A stretch of 64,000 nucleotides of DNA. Origin: Mantamonas sphyraenae STR306. Its lineage: Eukaryota > Protista > CRuMs. Numbering within the stretch: position 1 is the first letter of the stretch; each line of letters begins with the position of its first letter. The notes below the pieces were generated by a model. The model saw nothing but the letters and a program-made list of their open reading frames with translations, was not told the DNA's origin and searched no databases. Location of the stretch: contig JAPMXV010000005.1 in assembly GCA_026936335.1 (NCBI GenBank), positions 1 to 64,000 of the forward strand, given 5' to 3'. Shown here one piece after another: positions 37,570-49,641 of the stretch. A program made the position numbers and the translations under genes.

Positions 37570-37671
37570 CGCGTGTCGTGTCCCTTTTCGTTGCTTCCCC
37601 CTGCGCTACAGCGCAAGGTCATTGTTGTGCTTCATTCCTCATGTGGGCGACATGCCCTTCCACCCTCTCTC

Positions 37672-40382
37672 TCACAGCAGCTCAGGCTCCTCCTCTCCCC
37701 CTTCGCTTCCACTCAGCCACCAGTACCCGGCTCCGGCTGCCGCCACCAAACCCAGTCCGCCCAGGGTCCATGCCCACCCGCTGCCCGACCTACTCTTGTT
37801 CGTGGCCACCGATGCGTCTGACTTCACCTTGCCCTTGCCCTTCTTCGTCTTCCTGCCCTTCGAGCTGCCAGCTTCGTCGTCGCTGTCCGCCACGTCCTCG
37901 TTCTCATCCAACGCGTGCTGTGCCGTCACGTCCGCCGCCTTTGGCGGCTGAGTGTCCTTGCTCGAGCTGTTTGGTTGCACCAGGCTCAGCCGCTGCACAA
38001 CCATCGTCAACAGCTCCTGCAGGAACTCGGTGTGGTTGTCCTTGGCCGTTCCCTGCAGCGACAGCGTCTCGCTCGCCACCTTGAACCGTGCGTCAAACGC
38101 CTCGTCGATTGCCCTCAGCTGTTTGTTGTCTTCGGGCTTGCCGCTCACCAGGTCGCTCTTGTTCAGCATCAGCAGGGCCGGCACATTCTTGCTGTCCAGC
38201 GTCTTGCCCTCCTTGCCCTCGTACAGCTGCTCCAGAGCTTTCCACGCATACTGCACCGAGTCGTCGTCAAAAGGATCGACCAGCACAAGGACCATGTCCA
38301 CGCTCGCCAGTTCCCGCTCAGAGTCTGTAAGCTCGTTCACGTCGCCGTACACCTGCATTGTCAGCGCCGTGTCGTACATGCTCGTGGTGGCAGGCACCAT
38401 CACTGTGCAGTAGCTACGATCCAGCTCCTTCGACACAGGGATGTTCAGCGCCCAGTTGAGCAGCGACGACTTGCCCGCCCCGGAGCCGCCCACCACAGCC
38501 GCCTTCATGTGTGTGCGCCGCTTCGACGCGCTCAGCTTGCCGGTTTCTTTGCTGCGCGGCAGGCTGGGGCGTACGCTCGTCTCCAAATCGATGCAACCCA
38601 AGTGAGCCAGTGCCTGGCACGCGCGCTCCCAGTCCTCAGCCAGCAGCCGCATCCACATGCTCAGCCAGCCGTCCTTCACCACACGGCTCTTCAGAGTCTG
38701 CACATACCCAGCCGGAAAGTCCTTGGGTGCAATGTCCACCTCCGACACGGCGAAAAGAGCGTTCATGCGGTCCTTGGACATCGTAGCCTTCTTCCTGCCT
38801 TTGGAAGCGCTGCTGGCACGTGCTGAAAACAGGTCCGTCAGCAGATCGATTCCTTTGTCGGTGAAGCAGGCCACCTGCGTCGGATCGTCCATCTGCAGGT
38901 TGCTCGGCCGCATAAAGTCCTCGTCCAGCTCCAGGTCGTCGTTGTACCCAAAGCGGCGCAGGATGGCCCACACCGTTTCCATGCGCCCATGTTTGATAAA
39001 CGTGGTGTTCAGGTAGATGAACCCGTGCAGCGTCATCATGCCGTCCACCAAGCCGCGGTGGCCATCGCCGCTTTGCAGCTCCGACACTGTCTTTTTGACG
39101 CTCTGCAGCTCCGTAGGCTTAAGCGGCACCTTGAAGCAGGTCAGCTGAAAGTCCGACAATTCGTCATCGTTCAACAGGCTGTCGTGATCCTTGTCACACA
39201 GATTGAACACACGTGTGAGGGCTGTCACAGCACGCTCCGTCAGCTTTTGCTCCGAGCTGTCGTACAGCGGTGCCGTCGGGTGGATCACAGCCTTGACTGC
39301 GTAGTAAAACACCTCGTGGACGTTGTTGCCCGTGTGCACAGAGCACTCCACGCACGTTTCGATTTCCTGGTGTTGTGGGCGAGGGGCCAACTGCGTGTGA
39401 GCGTGCTTTTCCTCTTCTTGCAGTGCTCCATGCCGCCGCTTCGTCTGCACTCACCTTGTACTCCATCATGAGTGGCATGATGCGCTCCTGCAGCTGCTGC
39501 GGCATGCCCTTGTCCTGTTCATCCTCGGTACGCTTGTCAATCTTGTTGCCGACCAACAGCACGGGTCCCTGCAACATCCAGCCACACATGGCAAGCAACA
39601 GGTGTGTCAGTGACCGCCACACTGCGTGTCCACCCAGTCCACGCGCCACAACCGCCGCGTGGGCATCCCGCTGTGCGCGTGCGCACGTGAAAAAGCAACT
39701 CGCGAAAATGCCCCGACCCACTCGCGCACGTGATCAACCTACCCCCGTGCCCTTCGACGTCAGCAGCGGCAGCCAGTAGGAGCTGACGCGCTCAAACGTT
39801 TGGTTGTCTGTGACGTCGTAGACCACACAGTAGATGTCTGCCTCCTTGATGGCCTTGAGAATGGCCTCTTCGTCTTCCGTAGGCGCTGCGCATGTTTCCT
39901 TCGCGTCAGCACCCCACACTGTTGGCTCTCTCTCTCTGAGCACATGTGTCCACCCAGCCTGCACGAACAAGCACAAACACACACACAGTCGCGTCGCGTC
40001 CCGTAACCCGTCCGCACTCACCTGCACTGTCCCGGATGATTGCGCCGACGCTGTTGCGTGCCGTTTCCAGCGGAAGCGGTTCCGCCACCTTGGGCAGGTT
40101 CTCCTTCACCGTTGCGTTGTTGCGCATGTACTCCACCAACGAGGTCTTGCCCACGCCCTCTGTGTGACCACGTGTGCGCCCGTGTGTGCGTGTGTGGACG
40201 GCGTGCACGTGTCCATGCGTGTGCGTGTGCGCGGGTGGGTGAATGTCAGCACGACGAACACGCACGCCAAATTCCAAATTCCGCTCCCACCCCATGCCCA
40301 ACCCCACCCAAAAGCCAAACCTACCATCACCCAGCATCAAAATGCGCACACGGCCCAGTTCATCGCGTCCCTTGACTCGCAT
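37672..40382 (-). CDS. RHOT1: Mitochondrial Rho GTPase (Miro)
   Basis: LGDEGVGKTSL across a splice, VLLVGNKID, EIETCVECS, EVFYYAVKAVIHPTAPLYD, EF-hand DKDHDSLLNDDEL, ETVWAILRRFGY, second GTPase GGSGAGKS, C-terminal TM. Four introns. Confidence 0.92.
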
Positions 40383-40446
40383 AGTTTGAGCTTTTTCAGT
40401 TCGGAGTGCGGCCGCGGTCGCAGCCAACACACTCATCCCATCAAGC

Positions 40447-43400
40447 ATGACCTCGGCGGGCGAACTGGACAATCTCCTCGCCGAGTTCTCTGGCGGAGAT
40501 CCCACGGACGTCACCCAGTCCACCGCCTACGCGATCCTCAACGAGCTACAGTCCAACGAACGCATCACCGTCGGCCAGTGCGTTGCTCGTGCCCAGTCGT
40601 CCTCGCCACACCCGCTCCTCCCTCTTCTGACACACGTGTGCCGCACTGCCACCACCACCACCACCACCACCACCTACACATAGAGCCGACATGTACAAAG
40701 TCAAGTTCCAGAAGCTGTTTGAGACGGTCATCCGCACGTTTGAGAACAACAAGCACCTGTTCCGCAAGGCGTCCAGCCTCTCGCAGCAGATCCTGCAGCA
40801 GAAACAGCAGCTGGAGGATCTGGAAACCAAGTCGTACAATGACGACGTGGAAATCAATGACCTCAAGAGCGAGGTCATTGCTGCTGAGCAAAAGGGCCAT
40901 GCAAGCCAGGAGACGGTGCAGCTGCGACACTTGGAAATCTCGCAGCTCGAGCAGACCAAGGAGGAGTTGCAGGAGCAGCTCAAGTCGCTGGACACCGAAA
41001 AGAAGGAGAAGATGGAGCCACTGATCGAGTCCCTCACCCGCCAGATCAACGAGCTCAAAGAGCACGTTGGACATCAACGCGAGCTCAAGCAAAAGGAGGA
41101 CGAAACGGCAAAGTCCTTCCGCTCGAAAATCGAGGTCCTCAAACGCACCGTCAACGACCTCGAGGTGGACAAGATGAACGCCCGCATGGAGTCCACCTCC
41201 AAGAAGATCGACCCGGAAAAGGCCAAGTACGTTTCCCAGCCTTTGGTGACCCGCATGCGCACGCCACTCTGGCCGCGCCATTCAACCGTTAGGCGCTCGC
41301 AAGGTCGCCTCTCACGGCCACTTCCCACGCACCGCTTGCCTGTTTTCACGCACACTCTCCTCGTCCATGCCCCGCAACAAGCCTGTTTCCCATTGCAGGC
41401 ACCCATGTGCATCCCGCTGACACAGATATGCGTCCTGTCGCGCCGTCCACCGAGCGCAGAAAGGGAGCCGATGCCGCACAGGCGCAGTTTACGTACTTGG
41501 AGAACCAGGTGAAGCAGCTGGACGAAAAGGTGACCAACCTCAAGTTGCAGGAGGAAGACTTGGTGGAGAGCCGCAAGCTGGCGCAGAAGAGCGAGGCAGA
41601 AACGCGGGAAAAGGCACACAACCAAAAGATCAAGAACATCAACCTGGAGCGGCAGGTGACGCACTTGCGAGGCCAGTTGGAGGACGAGATGGAAAACACC
41701 ACACAGAACAAGAGCGACAAGAAGAAGTTGGCGCTTGACATGAAGACAACGACCACGCAGGCGCGGTATTACGCAGACGAGCTCGTGCGCACCACGCGGG
41801 AGCGAGACCAGGAGGTGAGGAGGTTGCGACGCCTGGAGGCCAGTGTGTCCCAGGTGCAGAACCAGCTACCGCCCATCCAGTTGCAAATCGACGACCTCAA
41901 GCGTGACCTGGAGATGCAGCAGCAGTTTGCACGCGAACAGCAGGACCGCATCCAGGAAGTGAGCAAGGACGTCGACTTGGGTATCTACGACTTTCTGGAC
42001 GAAGAAAACACGCAGAACAAGACAGTGAGCAGGGCCAACCAGACCAAGTCGGACGTCAAGGCCCTGGAACAACAGCTCGCCGTCTTCAAGCAGCAGGAGC
42101 TGCTGTTTCAACGGCTCATCAGCGACTACACTGCCAAACGCGAGCAAAAATCGCGCGAGGCAACAAAACAGCTGGAAAAGCTGGCTGACGTCGAAACGCA
42201 GAAGCAAGTGCTGGGCTCCAAGATCAAAAAGCTCAAAAAGGTGGTGAAGGAGCTGAGCGCACGCACCATGGAGTACAAACGCCTCAGCGAGATTGTGAAG
42301 AATGAGCGCAACCGCAACGCACACATGATCCAGGCCACGACGCAGGCTGCGGCTGAGACCAAGCAGAAAATCAAGATCCTGCAAAACGAAAAGGAGATCC
42401 TGCAGAAGGAGATCCTGGAGAGGGAGGCCAAGCACACAGTGTACGAAACAGACCACGCCGAGGCGGTGAAGGAGCGCAACAAGAGCAAGAACGAGAAGAA
42501 CAAGAGTCTGTTTGAGCTGCGGCAACGACAGGAGCACATGGACCAGCAGTTGACGGAAATTGACAAGCTCAACTCGGTGATCAATTCCATGGAAGAGGAG
42601 ATGCTGCGCATGAAGCGCACGTACGAGGAAAAGGTGGAGGAACGCAACAGGATCGGTCTGCAGTTGATCGACCGCAACGACGAACTGTGCATCCTGTACG
42701 AGAAAGCAAACCTGCAGGAGGAGATCCTGAAGAAGGGAGAGGTGGCGCTGCAGCAGCGCGAGGAAGACCTGCGACGATTCAAGATCGAGGCGAGGGACCT
42801 GGAGCGCCAGGTGGAGTTTGTGCTGGAGAAAAGGGTGCCGCAGAATGTGGAGCTGGAAGAGAAGAAGAACATGCTGGAGGAGATGCTGATGGGCGAACGC
42901 ACAAAGACGATGAAACTGAGCGAGTTGCTGGAGAACCCCAGCACGCAGGAGCGATGGCGTGCGCTGTCGGGCAAGGACCCGTCGCCAAAGGAGCTGGAGA
43001 TGCGCATCCGCTTCCTGGAGGAGCGGCTGAACGAGAAGAAGGAACAGCTACTGGAAAAGAACCTGGTGCTGGAAGAAATCACCGTGCTGTCGGACAGACT
43101 GCGGGCAGAAACAGAGAGCACACGCAGCGAGACGCTGGAACTGGCCAACAAGATCAACGACTTCCAGAACAAGATCAAAACCACGACGCGCAAGATGATG
43201 GCTACGGTGTCCGAGCTGTCGCTGTATCAGGCCAAGTGCATGGAGCTGCAGGGCGAAAACCAGGACATGGAGGAGGAGCTGAGCATGGCCAAGAAACGCT
43301 GGGAGCTTGGCGAACCGCCCACAGATGCGATGGAGGCCGAATACTACCGCATGGAGCGCGAGAGGCTGCGTGCCAAAGAGGAGCGCATGCGCAGGCGCAA

Positions 43401-43590
43401 CCAGGAGCTGGAGGAGCAGGAGCTGGCGTTCACCACCCAGACCACGGCCCAGGCACGCCCCAACGCCTATTTGTCAGAGGACACGGGTCTGCCCAAGCCC
43501 TACGGAGGCAGCGCGCCCTTCTTCCCGACCACGGCTGGCGCACAGATCCGCCACTACCGCAAACCGACACAGCAAGAGATCGAGATTTGA
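40447..43590 (+). CDS. CCDC146: Coiled-coil domain protein 146 (MBO2-like flagellar/centriolar protein)
   Basis: GLQLIDRNDELCILYEK, RWRALSGKDP, RKMMATVSELS, RPNAYL...LPKPYG..APF.PT...IRHYRKP...EIEI. Two introns. Confidence 0.9.
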
Positions 43591-43671
43591 GTGCGAGCGC
43601 ACAGGGGAAATGCAGCACACACGCACAGCATATAGGGGGTCGCAGAGGTTCACTGATCCACTCACTTCACC

Positions 43672-44540
43672 TCATCCAGAGCCGCCCTGCGAGACCAGGT
43701 ACTCGCGGTTGTCGTGACGCCAGAAGCCCGTGGCGTCGCTGAGGATCCACACAACGGTGGGTCCGACGTTGGAGCGCACGAGGTCGTCCAGATCGATGTA
43801 CAGATGGTGTTTGGGCTTGACCATGTCAAAGATTTCGTCCTTGACATCGGCGATGTTGACCGGCTCCTGGCCGTGTTCCTCGAGTTTGGCCATGATGGCG
43901 TTGAGGTGGTAGTTGATGGAAAAGGCGTCCAGGTACTGTTTCTTGCGCAGATCGAGCGCCTTGAGAAAGTATCGCAAGGAGTTTGGATGGTCCCTGTTTT
44001 CCGTGGCCAGGACAAACTCCAGAAAAGCCTTGTAGTCCATCTCGCCCTCATAGGTGGGATGTTCCTGGAACACGCGCGCCAGAAACGCATCTGTGAGTGT
44101 GCCGTTGCCGTAATACGCAAGCTCGGACTGCGACAACAGGCCATTGTGATCTGTGTCCAGCGCGAGAAAGGTTTCTGTGTGGTCACGACCGGGTCGTCGT
44201 CGATTGATTGCACACGAGTCAGCGAGTTTGCTCCGGAGATGACATTGCCATAATGTAAGCGACGACTTACCATACACACGGTAGGCGGCCCAAGGCGAGA
44301 ACCAGTTTGTCTCTTCGGCCCCGTTTGGAAGCTCGTCGGCACGCAGCTCAAAGAGCTCAGCCAGGACAGGTGAGGTGAGCATGGATGGGATGGAGATGCG
44401 ACCTCGTCGCAGAGGGTCCAGAAAGAAGAAGAACTTGCGGACGGCGGTGAACACGTAGTAGGGGCAAAAGGCCTTGTTCTCGCAAACCGGGGCCAACCGC
44501 GGAATGGTATGCATGAGTTCAAATACATAGTTCTCAACAT

Positions 44541-44578
<38 letters not shown>

Positions 44579-45660
44579 CGTGCGTGTTTTCGTGTGAGGA
44601 GAGGGAGGTGTGAGTGGCTGGACACGCGCACACCGCAGGGGTGATCACACATGCCGAGCAACACACCTCTTCGCGCAGATATCCCGAGCCGTCGTCATTG
44701 TACATGGCCAGAGAGATGCGAGTTTGGGTCAGAGACACCTGGGACACAACAAACTGCAGAAACTGTTGTGTGGAGACGCAGCCCTGCTCGTCCTGGGCGA
44801 ATTTGAGAAAGTTGGATGGCGTGAAGAACTGTTCAAACTTCAACAGCAAAAACTCGCTGTTCTGGCCCGCCACCGAGTCGATTTCGTCCTGAGCTGCGTC
44901 CTGGGAGGCTGGAGCGTTGGCCATTGTTGCCTCTGTACTCTCCTTGTCCAATTTGTCCTCTGCGGAGGTCTTGGACAAGCCAGTTTCGCTGCTGCTGCCA
45001 ACCTGGTCGGCCGACCCTTCCCTTCCCAGCGTCATTTCCTCCACCTCAGCCACCATGATCTGCGGTACCATGGAAAAGTTGTGATAATTGATCTGTGCGT
45101 ACGCGTGACGGGGCGCGTGCGTGTGTTGGTGCGTGAGTGCGTGTGCTGCGCCTTGTGCAGAAAAGGCGCCAAAAAACGGGTTCGGCCAAACAACGACGAC
45201 AAGCGTTTCCTTTCGCACGCACGAGGCTGCGGCGTCTTGTTGCCGCCTTGCGACGTGTGAAAGAGACCACATGCACTGGGAAGCATTGACCTACTCGTTG
45301 TTCTGTCTGGCCCGTAAATGCATCCACCGTGGCGGCGACGGATTGGTCGTTCAGGACGTCGGCCATCAGCTCCAGCTCCTCGTTGCTGAGCAGCAGCAGG
45401 TGTTTCTTGGACAGGAAACGTGTGCGAGATTCGCGCTGTACACTTTGATGCAGTTCATTGTCAGCTCCAGGTCGTCGATAGTAGAACCTCGGCAGCAATT
45501 TCAACGACGGCTGCACTTTGTACTCCTCCTCCAGCCGCTCCATCATGATGCTGTGCAGCTCCTTCTCCACATCGTTCTCAAGATCTTCTTCTGTTTTCGA
45601 CTCGATGGGATTCTCTGCGTTGTATTGTTGAAGCAGTGTTGCCCACGATCGCGACGACAT
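43672..45660 (-). CDS. PPP2R3C: PP2A regulatory subunit B'' gamma (FASS/TON2-like)
   Basis: LPRFYY, FTPSNFLKF, YVFTAVRKFFFFLDP, NWFS, LDTDHNGLLSQSEL, GEMDYKAFLEFVLA, DVKDEIFDMVKP, GFWRHDNRE. Three introns. Confidence 0.9.
44543..44573. repeat. (TG)n microsatellite at the 3' end of a PPP2R3C intron
   Basis: Run of ~15 TG units adjoining the splice acceptor. Confidence 0.9.
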
Positions 45661-45731
45661 CAGGTCCTTCGATCGCAGGTCCTTTTTGTTTTTGTTGGGC
45701 TGATGTGGGTCACACGCAACCAAACACAACA

Positions 45732-48700
45732 TCATCCCAACCTCGCCCGCCTCCTGTCTGACCCTGTACCGGATGATGCACGCCCGTCGCTCCCGTCTTC
45801 GTCCTCGACCCCATCCCGCTCGTCCCGGTTGCGTTTGAGTCCGTGTGCCGCGCTGCTGCGGTGCACCTTGAACATGTGCACTTGTGGGGGGTCACGAGAC
45901 AACAGCTCTTGCGTGAACCCGTGTGGAGAAAAGTACATGCTCTGCGTTTCCGTGTCAATGTTCAGTGCCTGCTCGATCAGCGTCCGCCGCCGTCCCTCGT
46001 CCATGTACACGTCAAACTCGTCGACGCCATGAAACGGGGCGTTTACATTCTGCCACGTCGCAAGCAGAAATGCAAGGGTGATTGTTGACATTTCGCCTCC
46101 GCTTGCTCCTTTGCTGGCGTCCTCCTGCTGAGCCTCCTCCGTGTCGCGAAGATCCTTAATCTTGATGTGCAGTTCGCCCTTACTGCTCTGCGCAAACAGC
46201 AACTTTGACTGTATCTCTGCCACTTTCTCGCTGATTTCCTCCTGCGTCAGCGTCGTGTTCCGCCTTACCGCCTCCACCTCCGCGCGAAGCTGATCTACTT
46301 CTGTGACGCTGAACGTCACCTTGCTATGGAAATGCATCGTCTCCAGCACCTTGCGCAGTGTATGCTTGAACCGCATGTGGTTGCGTGTCACGATGTTGTG
46401 CATCGCCGTCCTGCGCTCCGTCAGCTCGTGATCCAATTCGTGCCACTCTGCACGAACAGCCTCCACTTGCTCCTTCATCGTTGTGTGCTGGTTCAATTGC
46501 ATGTACAGCTTGTTCTTCAGACTTTCTACGTCCAGATCCTTTGCCTTTTCCTCCGCATCCTTCAGCTTTTGCTCCATTGCAGACCGCTGCCCTTGCAACA
46601 CCTCCAACGACGTCGTCAGCTTTCTTCGCAGATCGTCAATGGGAGCGTCTGCCGGCAGATACTTTCGTGCCTCCTCTTCCAGCTGCTCCACCTCCTCCTC
46701 CAGCATTTCCAGGTCTCGCTCCAGCTTTGCGATCCCACCGTTCTTCAGCGCCAAGATGGCTTGCGCCTCCTTGTGTGCTTCGTCCTCCAGCTTGTTCTTT
46801 TCCTTTTGCAGTTTGTTCATCTGTCGCATGCTCTTTCTCAAGTCGGACTGCATCTTGGCAAGCTGCTTCCGACGCTTTTCCACATCGGCTCCTTGGCCAA
46901 GCAACTCGTCGATCCGTTCTTGTGCCGCGTCCACCTCCTTCTTCTTCTCTGAAATATCCCGCTCCACCGACTCTACGACCTTGCGCGCTTCTTCAATCTC
47001 GTTTTCCAGCGACCTGTTGTCCAGACTCTCCAGCGTACGCTCCAGACGAGTTTTCTGCTCGCCTAGCGACGTCAGCACGTTTGCGGCTGCGTTCTTGGCC
47101 TCCTCCAGTTTCCGTTGATCGTTCACATTCTTTCGGATGCGCCGTTCCACTTCATCCTTTTTCCCCAAGGCATCGCGCAGCTTCTGCATGGCCACGTCGA
47201 TTTCCATGTTGCAGCTGTGCAGCTCCGCTTCGGCGTCTCTGATCTGCTGCGCTCGATCCATCTTCAGCGGAGTCCCCCTGGGCACGTTTGTCTTTTCATA
47301 GAAAGTGGCTGCACGAGCCCACGACAGCGTGCGCATGGACGTGCCCAAGCTCACCACGATGCGCACAGACGTTTGGCGTAGCCTCAACCAGCGATCGCTG
47401 TCTCCGATGTCTCGGTGGTACACGGCCATGTCCATTGTCGTCGAGTCCACCAGCACGTTGTGTGCCCACGCCGACTTGTACGACAGGCACATCACCGCCG
47501 GGATCCCTTCGTCCGGAATGTCCAAAATCTTCTCCCTGGCCCTACGCCCACGGTTGCTGCTGCTGCTGCTGCTCTCGTCGCCATCAAACATGTTCTTGTT
47601 GGAAATGAGCGAGCCGCTCTCTGTGCGCCAGCTGATCTTGTACGCTGGTGCCGGTTCGGCAAGGATCAAGCGCACCTTGTCGTTGGGCACACGCAGCTTT
47701 TTGGCCAATCCCTTGACACGATTCCAGTCGTCACGCGTACCAACTACCACCGAGTTGAGCGTGGTGGGTCGAATTGTTGCGCTGAGGTGTTTCTGCCATT
47801 GGGTGGCCGACACGCTCACGTAGTCAGCCAAAGGGGCCATCGGCGGCACATCAAACTCCTTGGCCATCTTGTTGATCTGGCGTATCCACGAGTCGTACTC
47901 ACGGCCATGGAAGAACGAGCTACTGGAAGACGACGCCTTGATCTTGACCAGCTTGCCCTTCACGCCGTGTGCCTTGCCTTTGGCCGACTCCACCTCGCGC
48001 TGGCGGTCGTGCACCATGCGCAACACACGCGATTTCTCCGAAGAGATGCTTCCGTCGTTTTGCACGCTGTTGAATTCGGCTTCAGCTTGATCTTTCCTTG
48101 CCTGTGCCTCCTCGATCTTTACCTGCACAGCATCGAGCTCAGCCACAAGCCTCCTGCGCTCATCAGAGGTTTGATCTTTGGCCAGCTCGTCCTGGCGAGC
48201 CTGCAGCCTGCGCTCTGCTTCTGCGTGTTCGCTCTCGAGCGCAGCCAACTCCTTGAGCAAACTGTCGCGTACAGCTTCTTCGCGGCGCACTTGGATACGT
48301 TGCGCGGCGCCCGTGGATCGTTCGATGCTGTCTTTGAGGTCGTCGGAATCTGCTTGAAGTTGCGCGATTTGCTGTTCCAAGGGCACGATCTGGGTTGCCT
48401 CCATCGTCCTTTTTGTGTCCTCGAGAGTGTGGTGGTCTTGCTCGGCCTGCGTGAGCCTGTGCTGAAACATTCGCAGGTTGGATTCGGTTTGTTCACGCTG
48501 CATGTGCTTGGCATTGGACTGAGACAGTAAGATCTTTGCGTCCAGTTTGTTCATCTGGCGCTGGATATGCTCGGTGGACAGGCTTTGCACCTGCGCGCGG
48601 AGCTTGTGGACGGACAGCCCGAGTTCCTTCACGGTGCGCTCCTTGGCACGCAGGATCGCGTCTTGTTCGTCGTGTTCCTGCTTGGCAGTGCGCAGACGCT

Positions 48701-49592
48701 GGTCAAGTTCGGTGTGCTCCATAGCCTCCTCGAGAAACTCGTAGCGCTTGCGGGCGTTGATTTTCTGGTTGAAGGCACGTGCGCGATCCTGGTCGACCAG
48801 CACCATGGGATTGCTAGCCTGCAGGCCGAAAACATCCACAATCGACTGCACACTGGTTGCACTGTGGCGGCTCGACACCACCGGTTGCATGGCGCTGTTG
48901 TACACTGCAAACTTGCTGCTGATCGCGCCCACTTTAGATCGCTTCAGCACACGCTCCACCACAATGGTTTCGTCGAAAGCGGCCACTTGCGACGAGCCCT
49001 CGTTCCCTTCGCCTGTGTACACCAGCTCTCCCGACGAGTCGCGGTTGTGCAGATGCACGCGTACGACACACTCGCTGGGCAGGAACAATCGGCGGGAACC
49101 CGCCAGTGTTTTCGCGCCAGTTTCCCACACGCCCCAACGGTGTCAGTGCTGGCAGAGACGTGTCGTGTACGACAGCACAAGGCACAGTCTACATGGCACT
49201 TGCAAAGCGAGTGACGGCGAATGACCAAGGACATGACTCGGACCACTGTGATGAACATCGCGTCGCAGACCACCTCTCACGACGTACCTCGAACCCTCCC
49301 GCATGACCTCGGGCAGCTTCATGCGCTCGTTAAAGCGGCCGCGAAGGCACACCATGATGGCCACCATGATGGCACTCTTGCCACGTCCGTTCTTTCCCGT
49401 GATAAAGTTGAAGCGGGGCCCCAGTGGCGCGCTGAGCTCTTTGTGGATCATAAAGTTTTTCATGTCGACCTGCTTGACTGCCCCGGGCGCAAAGTCCACG
49501 TGCTCATGGTCTGCACTGCCAAGGTCGTCCAATTGCATGCCCTGCGAAGCATTGCGGCGGTGACTGCGGCTTCTGCCTCTGCTGCTGCTCAT
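45732..49592 (-). CDS. SMC6: Structural maintenance of chromosomes protein 6 (divergent)
   Basis: MKNFMIH...LGPRFNFITGKNGRGKSA (Walker A), NPMVLVDQD, long coiled coils with hinge, SGGEMS, PFHGVDEFDVYMD. One intron (~49287..49079). Confidence 0.85.
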
Positions 49593-49641
49593 GGCGGGGG
49601 TCTGCGTTGGGGCCCGCAGTGCATCCCGTCCCGTGTCCTGC

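Noticed and set aside
40447-45660. Functional clustering of CCDC146 and PPP2R3C (both centriole/flagellum linked)
   Set aside because: A single convergent pair in a gene-dense genome cannot be distinguished from chance without synteny data.
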